IMG/VR virus record: IMGVR_UViG_3300031519_008340 | Coordinates: 23,898-87,897 of that record | Source of the DNA: a virus | Taxonomy: Duplodnaviria > Caudoviricetes | Strand: one strand, 5' to 3' | DNA length: 64,000 nt | Part shown: positions 26,854 to 37,175 of the stretch, one piece after another | Layout of the letters: the number at the start of each line of letters is the position of its first letter | Numbering within the stretch: the stretch's first letter is position 1 | Notes under the pieces: generated by a model | What the model was told of the DNA's origin: nothing | Database searches by the model: none | What the model saw: only the letters and a program-made list of their open reading frames with translations | Translations under genes and position numbers: made by a program

Positions 26854-28968
26854 TTATTGGTATTTTGCTAATTTGACGATTCTGGTTAGTTCGTCCTCAA
26901 CGCCTGCAATGTTTGACGCAGTGTTGTCTTCTTTGGATTCGGTTATTGATTCTTTAACTTCTGTTTCTTCTTCTTGGAAAAATTCATTTAAATTTAAGCC
27001 TGCTAGTTCAATAGCATCTTTCAGTGTGTACTCTTTGTCGCCTACTTTAAATTTATCTCCAGACTTCATGCCTGCCGCTTTGGCTTTTTGCACTGCCTGT
27101 GCAAATTCATTGCCTTCTGTTTTTGGAGTTTCTTCTGTTTCGACTGCTTCACCTTTTCTAAGCATATCGTAATTTTTATGTAAAAACTTCTCTGCCGCAT
27201 CTCCGTCAGCAGTTTTCATTGCTGAGTTGCTGTGAGCATCTAATACATCGTATACCATTTTGCCGTCTTCACCCCTGTACATTGACACATAAGGTTTAAT
27301 TTTTGAACCTTGTCCTTCTAGTTCAACATTGTCTGCCCAAGTTTCAAATTGTTCTGCTTCTTTGGCCTTGCCTTGTCTGTCTTTTTTAGGAGCGTAAGCA
27401 CCTGGTTCCATTCTTATTTCGTCACCGTATGTAGCATCCGCTTGCATTTTTTTGTAATCATCAATATATCTTTTTGCCAATTGAATTGCAATTTTTTTAT
27501 TTTTTACGTAGTCTTTAGTTGGTTTGAAAAAAGGTTGTCCTTCTCCGTCTAATTCATCTGCGACTCTTGAAGCAAAGTTTGCCACTCTGTCTTCTTCACC
27601 ACCCTTTGTAAGCATTCTACTTGCAATATCAGAAAGTATAGAACTTAACATTGTGTTTTTGTTTGTAAATTTTGTAACTTTTAGCATGTTGTCAGCAGTG
27701 TCGTCTTTTCTTAAAACTAGTTTTTTTGCAGGGTCTGCTAAAAAGCCTTGTACAACTGCACCGTGATCAACTGGCGCTGGCATGTCTGCTTCTTTGTCTT
27801 TGAATTCTTTCATATCTTCAGCATCTCCGTCATTTTTAAATTTAGGTTTCAGTTCTTTGCCTTTGAACGCTGTGATTCCAGGTTGAACTTTTTCAACTTC
27901 TCCACCTTTAGCCATAAACGATTTCATCATTTTTTCTCTTTCCGCTCTTTTTTCTGGTGTGTCGTATTCTTGCATTACTCTATGAATAATTGGTAAAGCG
28001 TCTTCTACTCTATTATCTAAATTTTTTAATGTAAATTTGTCTTTGTATGAATTAGCAGTTTCGTCATCTAGTTCAACTGCTTCAGATTTTTTATAGTCTC
28101 CTATTGCTGTTTCATAATGGCCTTGTTTGCTAATATTTTTTACATACATTCTTAAGTTTTCTAATTGTAATTTTGTTTGTTCTATGATATCACCGGCTGA
28201 ATCATTTAATTGATCTTTGTTTGAAACATATCTTTGAAATGAAGATAATTTTGCAATGTCTTCAGAAGTTTGTATAATGTGTTGACCAAAGTCGTCATGT
28301 GGTCTTCCACCATTGGCAACGTGTCTTGTCATTGCTCTTGCACCTGCTAAATGAATCACAGGATATTTGAATCTTTCACCGTCTTCGTTTTCAATATACA
28401 TTGAATTTATGTGTCTTGATCTTGCACCAGGCACATTTTCATCAACTGGTCCTGTGTGTCTAACTATTAATCTAGTTTTGTCTAAGTTTTCGTACGAACT
28501 TTTACGTGTTCCTGTTAAACCTTCTTTGACTTCTATACCTGCTAATTTTGTGATTCTGTTTAGTTCTTCTTGCATTTCGTCAGTATTTACCGTTTTGTTT
28601 GCATCTGCAAGATTTTGATAATCCTGCTTCGTTAGGTTCGTTTTAGTAATGTCTCTAATATCAAATTCTAATTGATGTTCAACAGCAAAATCTTTTAGTT
28701 CTTTAATAAACGCATACCAATCACTTTTGTCGTCTTCTTCAATTTTAGCAACCATGTCTCGATTGTAAAACACCTTCATCGACTCGCCATCAGCTAAACT
28801 TATGCTTACTCGACCGAACTTGTCTTCGTCTTCTGTGAATTCAAAGTCAAAAAATACTGCTTGTTTTGGATCTGCTGTTGCACTACCCTCACTATCACCT
28901 ATAGTAATATTGCCAAATTTGCTTCTTATTTTAGCAAAAAGGTCATTTGATGTTTTTTCTGAGATCAT
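26854..28968 (-). CDS. Large hypothetical late protein, probable internal head protein
   Basis: 704 aa, charged; TATAAATA 4 nt upstream; three (K/E)LAG-type helices. Confidence 0.6.
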   Translation of the reverse strand: MISEKTSNDLFAKIRSKFGNITIGDSEGSATADPKQAVFFDFEFTEDEDKFGRVSISLADGESMKVFYNRDMVAKIEEDDKSDWYAFIKELKDFAVEHQLEFDIRDITKTNLTKQDYQNLADANKTVNTDEMQEELNRITKLAGIEVKEGLTGTRKSSYENLDKTRLIVRHTGPVDENVPGARSRHINSMYIENEDGERFKYPVIHLAGARAMTRHVANGGRPHDDFGQHIIQTSEDIAKLSSFQRYVSNKDQLNDSAGDIIEQTKLQLENLRMYVKNISKQGHYETAIGDYKKSEAVELDDETANSYKDKFTLKNLDNRVEDALPIIHRVMQEYDTPEKRAEREKMMKSFMAKGGEVEKVQPGITAFKGKELKPKFKNDGDAEDMKEFKDKEADMPAPVDHGAVVQGFLADPAKKLVLRKDDTADNMLKVTKFTNKNTMLSSILSDIASRMLTKGGEEDRVANFASRVADELDGEGQPFFKPTKDYVKNKKIAIQLAKRYIDDYKKMQADATYGDEIRMEPGAYAPKKDRQGKAKEAEQFETWADNVELEGQGSKIKPYVSMYRGEDGKMVYDVLDAHSNSAMKTADGDAAEKFLHKNYDMLRKGEAVETEETPKTEGNEFAQAVQKAKAAGMKSGDKFKVGDKEYTLKDAIELAGLNLNEFFQEEETEVKESITESKEDNTASNIAGVEDELTRIVKLAKYQ

Positions 28969-28981
28969 ATTGTATTTATAG

Positions 28982-30511
28982 CTATTTTATGTATTTTCTA
29001 CATTCTTCTAATTGTGGTATATAGGCCGCTAATTTTGAACCTCTATGTTTGTCTAAGGTATCGTTATAATAGAAGAAGTTTTTTAATTTTTCTTTGTCAA
29101 ACTTATTATTTTTAGAATAATGATCGTAAAGTCCATCAACCATAGTCCTTGACCCTCTTTCTTGATGATAATAGCATTTTGTTTGTTTTGCTTTTTGTAA
29201 ACTTTTTAAAATCATTTCTCTATTAGGATGGTTCAACGCTGATAAAATATCATTTCTGTACCCAGCGTAATTAAGTTGTATAGTAGCATAAGGAAACTCT
29301 TTGTCAAAAAAATTCATTGTTTCTCCTATCTCATGGACAGTGTACATAGATAATACTGATATAATGTGTATGCCTGCCCCGTTCTTTTTTAACCTGTGAA
29401 TGTTTTCAATTTGTTTTTTACTTGTTGTCCCCCATCTAACATATTCTGTAGTTTTTCCTATGCCGTCTATACTGCAGGTAAACCATAATTTAGGAAACTT
29501 TGAAAAAAGATCAAAAAGTTTGTCACTTATTTTTACTGCATTTGTATTGATATTAATTTCAAAATCTGTTTTTCCTTTGGCAATACATTTACGTAAGAAT
29601 GCGTAAACCGATGGCATTACCGTAGGTTCACCTCCTGCAATATAAATTCTTACCATTGAGTCTAAATTTACTAAATTAAAACTAGGAGTGTTTACAATTG
29701 GATCTGTTTCTGGTCTTACTATTGATTGAAATTTTTTGTCTTGTATTTTACTTGTCTCTTCTGCTATAAGATGACTCCATTTAGGCCTACACATTCTACA
29801 TTTTAAATTACATTTGTTTGAAGGTCTAATTTCAAAATACGCAGGATCTTTAATTTTTTTGAGATCGTCTGGAGATTTTATTTTTAAACGTGTAATCCAG
29901 TCAAAAGAATCAGTCCATCTCATGTCTCTCATTCCTTTTTTTTCAAAAAAGTAACACTCCCTACAGCCAGAAATTTTTTCTCCTTTTAGCATTTTATTCC
30001 TAACTTTACTATATGCTGGATCTGTTTTCCAATTTACTATATCTTCTCTTTTTTTAATTTTATCCCAATTTCTTCCACATAAATTTGTATTGCCGTCTTG
30101 CCCATCGTGCATCAGTATCCAGGGATTCATACAAATACTCTTATTGTTACTGAAAATCTTTTCCCAATTATCAAGGTATGCCATATTATTTTTGTTAATA
30201 ATTTCAAGTTTCAAACCCAACGCTTCCATGTCTTTTACAAGTTTCCACATTGCTAAAAAAATACGTGAGTGTGAAAATTGTTCTTGTGTTTGATCTAGTA
30301 AAACTATTTTGTCAAATTTTTTAGCACTTTCAATAATGTCTTTTTGTTGGGAAATAACTGGGCCTGCATAATAACAGCCTGCTTCTAATTTATTACTTTC
30401 TGGTAGGGCGCCTCTAAATGTAATACTATTTTCCTTAGCATATTTTTCAGTTAATTTGTGTCCCCACGCCTTGCCAGACGAGTTGTCAGCCAAGCATAAT
30501 ATTTTTTGCAT
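28982..30511 (-). CDS. Radical SAM protein with N-terminal SPASM/twitch-like Cys cluster
   Basis: NKCNLKCRMC (CxxxCxxC), IAGGEPT, NTNA, SIDG; upstream CMNPW...LC...CREC. Confidence 0.88.
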   Translation of the reverse strand: MQKILCLADNSSGKAWGHKLTEKYAKENSITFRGALPESNKLEAGCYYAGPVISQQKDIIESAKKFDKIVLLDQTQEQFSHSRIFLAMWKLVKDMEALGLKLEIINKNNMAYLDNWEKIFSNNKSICMNPWILMHDGQDGNTNLCGRNWDKIKKREDIVNWKTDPAYSKVRNKMLKGEKISGCRECYFFEKKGMRDMRWTDSFDWITRLKIKSPDDLKKIKDPAYFEIRPSNKCNLKCRMCRPKWSHLIAEETSKIQDKKFQSIVRPETDPIVNTPSFNLVNLDSMVRIYIAGGEPTVMPSVYAFLRKCIAKGKTDFEININTNAVKISDKLFDLFSKFPKLWFTCSIDGIGKTTEYVRWGTTSKKQIENIHRLKKNGAGIHIISVLSMYTVHEIGETMNFFDKEFPYATIQLNYAGYRNDILSALNHPNREMILKSLQKAKQTKCYYHQERGSRTMVDGLYDHYSKNNKFDKEKLKNFFYYNDTLDKHRGSKLAAYIPQLEECRKYIK

Positions 30512-30526
30512 ATAATGTTATTTAAA

Positions 30527-32122
30527 CTATGTGCCGAGGTTGGCAAAAATAGGCATTGGTGCTGTGTATTCAGATGTTCTATTGGTCCATTGCTCAAATA
30601 TTTGTGGATCAAAATCTGCTAACACCTTAATCATACGAGTTGCTAACAAACAAGAACTTACAAGATCGTCGTGTTCGCCGGGCTTGCCTTTGTAACTTAC
30701 TCCTGAAGCAACAAAGTTTTTTAATTCAGATATAAGAGGTTTTGAATTGAGCTCCATTTTATTATTTTCAACAAGTTCTTTGAATTTTGCACAGGCATCA
30801 ATTTTATGTTTTGCTGTTGTGTTAAATCCTCTTCTAAACTTACGTCTGTGTCCTTTTCTAATAGGTTCACTTAAAAATGCACCCATTATGTTTTCTTCAC
30901 CTATGTCCATGACTCTGTTTAATGCCGCTTCACCAAGTGTGTTATTTTCCATACTGTAAAATATACTAGGGTTGGCAGTTGAATCTTGTTCTATTATTGT
31001 TTCGTGAATATATTTTGTAATACTTTGTAAAATTCTTATTTGATGATTAGCGGGTGTGGTGTTATGATGCCATTCGGCTACCTGTTTAAATGTAGGTAGT
31101 TCAAATACCTGTATGGCCGAGTAATCACCACCTGATCCTAGTGATGGATCCAGGGCCACCATATAGGTGTGTTTAGGTTTTGGTTTTGAGTACCATCTAA
31201 CTTGTCCTTGATTTAATACTGGGTCAACACCTTCAAGTTCAACTAATCTCACACTTGATATTAATGTTTCATCGTAAATTAAGAATTCACATTCGTGTTC
31301 CCTTCTAAATCTTTCATCGCCAATTCTTGACTTTTCTTGTTCTGCCCATGCTTCATCTCTGTCAGGGTGTTCCGACCAATGGGCTTTCATGGCATAAAAA
31401 CCGTTTGTGCCTACAATATTGTCATTGCCAAAGTCATCATATCTTTTGCAGGCTTCTTTCCATATCAATGCAAATTGATCTTCATCTGAATTAGGCGTTG
31501 AGGTAATTAGACATTTTCCTCCTGTACTCAAAGTTGGAGACAGTGAAGTCCAAAACTCAACTGCTTTTTCAGGTGGTTGAACGAATGCAAACTCATCACA
31601 ATATATTAATGTCAAGGACATACCCCGTCCTGTGTTTTCTGTTGTGGTGGTTGCCATAATTTTTGAACCGTTATCAAATTCAATACTGTTTCTGTTGTAC
31701 TGTGTTACACCTGCCTTGATCCAACTAGGCAACATTTCATAGGCATAACGCACTCTTGACATGATGTCTGATGCACCTGCATATTTGTGTGCCGCAATTA
31801 GTATTTGAGAATCTGGTTTAAACATGGCGTACCAAATTAGATATCCTGATGCACAGGTTGTTTTACCAGTTTGTCTTGGTAGCATAGCAATACTAAACCT
31901 ATGATCATTGTAACTTTGTATTAATCTTTTTTGATAATCAAAAGGTTTAAAAGACATTGATCCTTTAGTAGGATGTTGAATCTTCATAAAACTTTCCATA
32001 AAGAAAAGTGGACCAACTTTTTCGTCCATACATTTTTCAAGTTGTAACACTTGATCTTTTGTATATTTGTGTTTCTTGTGCGCCTTTTTAATTTGGTCGC
32101 TGTCTAATGATACATACGCCAT
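30527..32122 (-). CDS. gp17: Terminase large subunit
   Basis: LPRQTGKTT, IYCDEFAFV, ITSTPN, FRREHECEF, nuclease ALDPSLG...DYS, GEHDDLV. Confidence 0.95.
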   Translation of the reverse strand: MAYVSLDSDQIKKAHKKHKYTKDQVLQLEKCMDEKVGPLFFMESFMKIQHPTKGSMSFKPFDYQKRLIQSYNDHRFSIAMLPRQTGKTTCASGYLIWYAMFKPDSQILIAAHKYAGASDIMSRVRYAYEMLPSWIKAGVTQYNRNSIEFDNGSKIMATTTTENTGRGMSLTLIYCDEFAFVQPPEKAVEFWTSLSPTLSTGGKCLITSTPNSDEDQFALIWKEACKRYDDFGNDNIVGTNGFYAMKAHWSEHPDRDEAWAEQEKSRIGDERFRREHECEFLIYDETLISSVRLVELEGVDPVLNQGQVRWYSKPKPKHTYMVALDPSLGSGGDYSAIQVFELPTFKQVAEWHHNTTPANHQIRILQSITKYIHETIIEQDSTANPSIFYSMENNTLGEAALNRVMDIGEENIMGAFLSEPIRKGHRRKFRRGFNTTAKHKIDACAKFKELVENNKMELNSKPLISELKNFVASGVSYKGKPGEHDDLVSSCLLATRMIKVLADFDPQIFEQWTNRTSEYTAPMPIFANLGT

Positions 32123-32159
32123 AGTAATGTATTTAAGGTAAAATTAGCTTGCTAAAGTA

Positions 32160-33080
32160 TTACTTTTTGCTTTTGATCTTGTCAGCAATATTGTGAGCTT
32201 TTTTAATTGTGCTTTTTTCTAAAGGTGGTTTGTCACCAGTTGATTTCATTGCTTGAGCCATACCGATTGCATAAGGTGATTGTTTTTTAGCTTCTGCTTG
32301 GTAAGTTTTTTTGAAACTTTCGTACTGTGTAGTCAAACTGTTAGCAAGGTCTTCTGCTGTAAGTTCGTTGTCGCCTGGATGGCCTTTTTTGACTTGAACT
32401 TTTTGTCTGTTTAATCCACCCGAGTGTAAATTTACTAAATCATCAATTGATTGAACTTTTTGATCACCGTGATATCCTGCTGGCGAATTTGCAAGTTCTG
32501 TTTCATCAGTTGGCATATCTGTTGGTTCTTCTGCACCCATCATTTTTGCATCAACTGGTTTTACACCTGCTAGTTTTAAAATTTGCATCATCATACCCAT
32601 TTCTTGTGGACTGTCTGAGGTTACGTGAATGTCTTCTTTAATTTCTTTTTTCATTTCTTTATCCTTTGCCGCTTTTTTCATTGGCTCTGTTTTGTTACCG
32701 TCTTTGTCTAAGTCGATATAATCTGGTTTTGCTTTTGTTTCAACAGTTGGTTCTACAGTTTCTTCAACTGCTTTTCCCATGTCATCAAATTTTTCATCAA
32801 CCATCTTCATTGCAGTTTCTATTTCGTAACTTTGTGGAAATGTTGCTTTGGTTTTTTCTGTAGCCATTGCTTTCATTACATCCGCTTTTGGCATTTTAAG
32901 ATCACCGTTATCATCAACGTAATCTCCAATAAATTCTTGTGCACCAATGTGTACATCTGACATTCCGCCAACTTCGTCCATTTTAGGTTGAGTCATTTCA
33001 GTGCTTTTAATTGCATCACCAACACTTTGTCCTGCTCTTTCGTATTCTCTTAACTTTGCTAGTATGTCGATCATTTCCAT
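32160..33080 (-). CDS. Hypothetical late protein, probable internal head/prohead protein
   Basis: 306 aa, low complexity; QILKLAGV motif; DYIDLDKDG motif. Confidence 0.55.
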   Translation of the reverse strand: MEMIDILAKLREYERAGQSVGDAIKSTEMTQPKMDEVGGMSDVHIGAQEFIGDYVDDNGDLKMPKADVMKAMATEKTKATFPQSYEIETAMKMVDEKFDDMGKAVEETVEPTVETKAKPDYIDLDKDGNKTEPMKKAAKDKEMKKEIKEDIHVTSDSPQEMGMMMQILKLAGVKPVDAKMMGAEEPTDMPTDETELANSPAGYHGDQKVQSIDDLVNLHSGGLNRQKVQVKKGHPGDNELTAEDLANSLTTQYESFKKTYQAEAKKQSPYAIGMAQAMKSTGDKPPLEKSTIKKAHNIADKIKSKK

Positions 33081-33084
33081 AGTG

Positions 33085-33690
33085 TTATTTCCTTTTTGGG
33101 TCTGGGTGTTTGTTGTCTGATTTGCTTAATGGACTCATTGTACCTTTTGGATTTTTTTCCATTTGTGGTTGTGCAGTTTCTTTTTTCTCTGCTTCAATTT
33201 TTTCTTTTCTGTCTTTTAATAATTGTTTAAACAAACTTTGATTTGCTTGGTCGCCAAATGCTTTTTCTTTTGGAACTTCTGGTGCATCTTTGTATTCCAC
33301 ATCTTGTAGAACTGATTTAAATTCTGATTCGTCTTTTTCTTTAGCCATAGCGTCTTGATATTCTTCAGTTGCTTCACCTGGCTTTTTAACAACAACTTGA
33401 TTTCTTGCTAGATTCATATAATTGGCAATGTATTCTGCCATTTCAAATACAGACGCTGGATAATTTGTTGTTAATTCGTAAATTGTAACATTTGTATTTT
33501 TAAATTGTGGGAAGTCTAACGGTGCTTCTTGTATTGGAGTTGTTTTACCTGCTGAAAGTTTTTCAACTTCAAATTTTTGAAGTCCTTGTTCTAATTTTGT
33601 ACCAAAATCTTTGTCTAATTCGCCTGCTACTTTAATACGATAATCGTATTGTTGTGCAGATTCTGATAGATATTTTCTGAAATCACCCAT
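33085..33690 (-). CDS. Hypothetical late protein
   Basis: 201 aa; TAAATA 7 nt upstream; N-terminal YLSE resembles a gp21 cleavage site. Confidence 0.65.
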   Translation of the reverse strand: MGDFRKYLSESAQQYDYRIKVAGELDKDFGTKLEQGLQKFEVEKLSAGKTTPIQEAPLDFPQFKNTNVTIYELTTNYPASVFEMAEYIANYMNLARNQVVVKKPGEATEEYQDAMAKEKDESEFKSVLQDVEYKDAPEVPKEKAFGDQANQSLFKQLLKDRKEKIEAEKKETAQPQMEKNPKGTMSPLSKSDNKHPDPKRK

Positions 33691-33700
33691 AGTGCTGTAT

Positions 33701-34219
33701 TTAGTCTTTCTTCATTAGTTTTTTCATTAATTCGTTTCGATCTGTTATTATAGTGCCCTCTGCTTCTACAGTGTCGCCTATATCGTCATTGCCATCCTTG
33801 TCAATTTTGAGCTTTTTTAACTGTAATTCTACCATTTTAAGTTTCTTATCAATCTTGTTACTTTTGGCATCTATTGCGTTCCTTAACATTGTACTTGCAA
33901 CTTCAAATATTCTACCAGAATATCTAGAGTCTACGTTCATTCCTAAATCCATTAAGTTTTTATATGACTCTTCCGCCTCTAATGCTAACTTGTCTAGTTC
34001 TAGATCTGATAACTCACCCAGTCCTTTTACTTGGGGCAAAGCGGCGGCAACTTTATCAAATTCTGCATACGTTTTTTTTAAAGCTTCTTGTGTTTTAGGA
34101 TCAAGATTTTTTCCTACTATGTTTTCATTAAACTTTTTTTCTTTATCTTTTTTGTCTACTTTTGAAAACTCAGCTTTAACATTTGGTAAATTAAGTATTT
34201 CTTCTAATTTTTTTGTCAT
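33701..34219 (-). CDS. Probable terminase small subunit (gp16-like)
   Basis: SGRIFEVASTML and IITDRNELM resemble remembered T4 gp16 segments (SPRHMEVFATLM, FMGSPTELM); size 172 aa; close to gp17. Confidence 0.5.
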   Translation of the reverse strand: MTKKLEEILNLPNVKAEFSKVDKKDKEKKFNENIVGKNLDPKTQEALKKTYAEFDKVAAALPQVKGLGELSDLELDKLALEAEESYKNLMDLGMNVDSRYSGRIFEVASTMLRNAIDAKSNKIDKKLKMVELQLKKLKIDKDGNDDIGDTVEAEGTIITDRNELMKKLMKKD

Positions 34220-34226
34220 GTTTTAT

Positions 34227-34670
34227 TTACTTACGAGTTCCGTTATGAAATAAGTCTTCTTCTGACACAACTCTAAATCTAATTTTTCTTTGCTTTGCAT
34301 AGGCAGTGGCCGCTTCCCATTTAGCGTAATTGATAACAACTTGCTTTCTTTTGCCCATACTTTTACCAGCCGCCTCCATGGTCATTTGCGATTTAGGTTT
34401 AACTTCAACCATCTCGGCATGTTTTTTTCCGTTCTTGTCCATGTAAACTATAAAAAAATCTGGAACATAGACTGTGTACTTTCCTGATATAGGATGTCTG
34501 TAGGGAATTTTTATAGATTCGCTAGCCCATTGATATACATTTGGGTGTTCATCACACAATCTCATAAATGAATGTTCCCAACTACTTCTGTATGTTGGTG
34601 TTTTTAAGCCAATGTATTTTCCTGTGTTTTTTGGCGAAAACTTTCCTCGAGCAAATCTTGGAAGAGTCAT
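34227..34670 (-). CDS. gp4: Head completion protein (gp4, TnsA-like nuclease fold)
   Basis: YRSSWE, WASESIKIPY, YVPDF, EVKP, NYAKWEAA. Confidence 0.88.
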   Translation of the reverse strand: MTLPRFARGKFSPKNTGKYIGLKTPTYRSSWEHSFMRLCDEHPNVYQWASESIKIPYRHPISGKYTVYVPDFFIVYMDKNGKKHAEMVEVKPKSQMTMEAAGKSMGKRKQVVINYAKWEAATAYAKQRKIRFRVVSEEDLFHNGTRK

Positions 34671-35047
34671 TAGTCAACTATGTTTCTTGATACAACGTCT
34701 TTAGCAGTTCTATTTGTTCTTACTCCTAATCTACTAGACTTGTATCTGTTGGCATTAAGAATTGTTGAAACTAATTCTGAAAGTGTTGTGGGATTAGCAT
34801 AAGTCAATGAATCAAGTATTTTACCAATTGGTGTGCTATCAATTTTTGCCTGTTTAAGAATCATATATGCGGTATCTTCAGCAGTTTGTCTTGAGAATCC
34901 TCTCTTAACAAAAAAGCCAATAGTAGAATCATAATCATTTACATTAAATTGGAATTTTTCTTGATACACATTCTTGACTAAATTGTCTTGTGTCTTGTCT
35001 AAACTGTCTTTGTCTTTTTGTGGAAGATTTGAATAAAATTCACTCAT
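34670..35047 (-). CDS. Hypothetical protein (tail/baseplate module)
   Basis: 125-aa ORF coupled to gp4 and to the upstream gene. Confidence 0.6.
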   Translation of the reverse strand: MSEFYSNLPQKDKDSLDKTQDNLVKNVYQEKFQFNVNDYDSTIGFFVKRGFSRQTAEDTAYMILKQAKIDSTPIGKILDSLTYANPTTLSELVSTILNANRYKSSRLGVRTNRTAKDVVSRNIVD

Positions 35048-36453
35048 TATACATTAACCTTTTCTGCTGTTATACTAACGTTTTGTGTGTTTCTACTTAT
35101 TTTTAAATATCCAGTAGCAACTAAATTATTCACTTTAGTATTGACTTGATTTCTATATACATCTTTTGCAATATTACTTAGAGCGGCATATGCAATGTCA
35201 CTTTCGGCTATTGTAATATTATTTCTAGATCCTACTTGTTGATAGTACAATGCGGATGCAACTTTGTCTTTTGCAATTTCATTAGTAGTAACTAAAGTTG
35301 TTGCTTCGGTAGGAGTTAAAAAATCACCGTAACTTACATTGGCTGTAGCAACAACATTTGTGTTAGTAGCGTTGTTGCTGTCAATATATCCTTTTGCTGT
35401 GGCAAGAGCCGCAACTGTTGCAACATTGGCAACTGCGGCACTTCCTACACTGAAGTTTCCTACAGGATTAGTAATTGTGCCGGCTTGTTTGCCAAAATCA
35501 ATTACTCCTTCTTTTACAATTCCTTTTATTTCTTCTTTGACTGCATCTTTGGCCTTAATTTTTTTTGCATTGTTGTAAGTGTTGATGCCTCTCAAAATTG
35601 TTGCCACACTAAAATTATTGTCGTTAATATCTCTTATAACAGAACCAATACCGTCCACTATACCTCCTGGACCAAATATGCTTGTAGTGCCTCCACCTAA
35701 TACTGATAAAGGAGAAGGTTCCAAGTCATAATGTATTTTTGCAAAACCAGGAACGCCGTTATTTTTTACAAGTCCCGCACCATATAGAACTGTTTCATAA
35801 AATATTTGCATAGTATTTTGCATAATCCCTTGTCCGTCTGTTTGGTCAAGATTATCATGAGACCATGATCCAATGACCGGATTAACCAGTGTGAATGATG
35901 TAAATCTTTGTTTGTGTAAACAAAATATTTCTATGTTTTTTAAGAAAGGTTTTTTTCTCTTTTGGGCACCATCTCTTCCGTATTGAGTAACCAATCCATC
36001 ACTTAGTGGATCATACATATTGTCTTTAGTATTATTGCCGTTCAGGCCAAACTCTGCAGTCAGAGAATCTGCTATGTTGTATTCATAATATGCTTTCCAA
36101 AAAGCATTCACAGTATCGGCATGATCGTCATGGAATGTAATTGTCACAGGTGCGTAGCTTATTTTGGTTCCTATATAAGTTTTTTTATTGTACTGTTGCT
36201 TTTCTTCTAAGTTCATGTCAAATTTTGGAAGGTCAGCATTCTTTACTAACATATTAAGTTCTAATTGTTCGTTGTTTGTAAATGCTCTGAAAGGAATAGT
36301 ATTGTCAATGTTGAAAACTGTATGAAATAAAAATTTCTGTTTTGGTAAAAGTTTAAAGTTGTCATCAAGATACAATCTCGAAGCATGACGATAATCTTTC
36401 ATGCCGGGTAAACCGTTTGAAAATGAATTTAAAAAGTTGTTTATACTTGGCAT
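35047..36453 (-). CDS. Tail-tube-fold baseplate/tail tube initiator-like protein
   Basis: LVKNADLPKF...YAPVTITFHDD resembles the gp19/gp54 fold. Start 36453 is 5 nt after TAAATA (track starts at 36471). Confidence 0.55.
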   Translation of the reverse strand: MPSINNFLNSFSNGLPGMKDYRHASRLYLDDNFKLLPKQKFLFHTVFNIDNTIPFRAFTNNEQLELNMLVKNADLPKFDMNLEEKQQYNKKTYIGTKISYAPVTITFHDDHADTVNAFWKAYYEYNIADSLTAEFGLNGNNTKDNMYDPLSDGLVTQYGRDGAQKRKKPFLKNIEIFCLHKQRFTSFTLVNPVIGSWSHDNLDQTDGQGIMQNTMQIFYETVLYGAGLVKNNGVPGFAKIHYDLEPSPLSVLGGGTTSIFGPGGIVDGIGSVIRDINDNNFSVATILRGINTYNNAKKIKAKDAVKEEIKGIVKEGVIDFGKQAGTITNPVGNFSVGSAAVANVATVAALATAKGYIDSNNATNTNVVATANVSYGDFLTPTEATTLVTTNEIAKDKVASALYYQQVGSRNNITIAESDIAYAALSNIAKDVYRNQVNTKVNNLVATGYLKISRNTQNVSITAEKVNV

Positions 36454-36471
36454 AATGATATTTATGGCCAT

Positions 36472-36501
36472 AAAAAAAGCGCCGTTAAAGGCGCTCTTTT
36501 T
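36472..36501 (-). terminator. Intrinsic terminator after the tail tube gene
   Basis: Stem AGCGCC/GGCGCT flanked by A and T tracts. Confidence 0.75.
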
Positions 36502-36524
36502 ACTTTACAAATGCGAATTTTTTA

Positions 36525-37151
36525 TTAGATACCACCGCCAGTTGCTAGAGTGCTTATTGTTCTAGTTACTGCTGTGCCTATTCCTGTTCCTTGTGGAGTT
36601 TGAATAGCATTGTCGTATCTGATGTTCATAGTAATTGTTGCTGGATCTGATGTAGCATACGCCAATGTGTTGTAGTTCACTGACTCAATGTAAGCACCAT
36701 ATAATTCAAATGTTTCTAATACATTTGGAGTACTTGCACCGTTACCACCATCAAGCATTTCAATTCTTGAAGTAAATTTGTAATCAATACCAGATGCCGC
36801 TGATGCTTGTTCAAAGAAATCAAATTGTTTCTGAACTTGTTCACCAACTAATTTAGTCACTGCGTTGTTTACGTCATCTCTTACTGTTATGGTAATTGGA
36901 TCCCAAGTATGTTTGCCTGCCATGTAAACTTTTGAGTTGTAAACATCTAGTGTTATGTTGTCAAAAGTTAAATTTGGTCTTGAAGCATCTATTACTTGTT
37001 TTGTTAATTCTGACCTTGGAGTAGAAACACCAAAGTTTTCCAATATTACTCTAAAACGATACTGTAATTTTGGCATCAACAAACCTTGTGATGCTGAACT
37101 TTGGTCGTTTGCTAAAGGTACTGTAAATTTTGATAAAGTCGATATTGCCAT
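36525..37151 (-). CDS. gp19: Tail tube protein
   Basis: PKLQYRFRV, RPNLTF, GKHTWDPITITVRDD, ITMNIRYDNA; follows the sheath gene. Confidence 0.85.
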   Translation of the reverse strand: MAISTLSKFTVPLANDQSSASQGLLMPKLQYRFRVILENFGVSTPRSELTKQVIDASRPNLTFDNITLDVYNSKVYMAGKHTWDPITITVRDDVNNAVTKLVGEQVQKQFDFFEQASAASGIDYKFTSRIEMLDGGNGASTPNVLETFELYGAYIESVNYNTLAYATSDPATITMNIRYDNAIQTPQGTGIGTAVTRTISTLATGGGI

Positions 37152-37175
37152 ATGTTTCTCCTATTTATTCCAAAA

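Noticed and set aside
24544-32122. Inteins or group I introns in uvsX or terminase
   Set aside because: Both proteins are normal length with continuous motifs; no splice-junction signatures.
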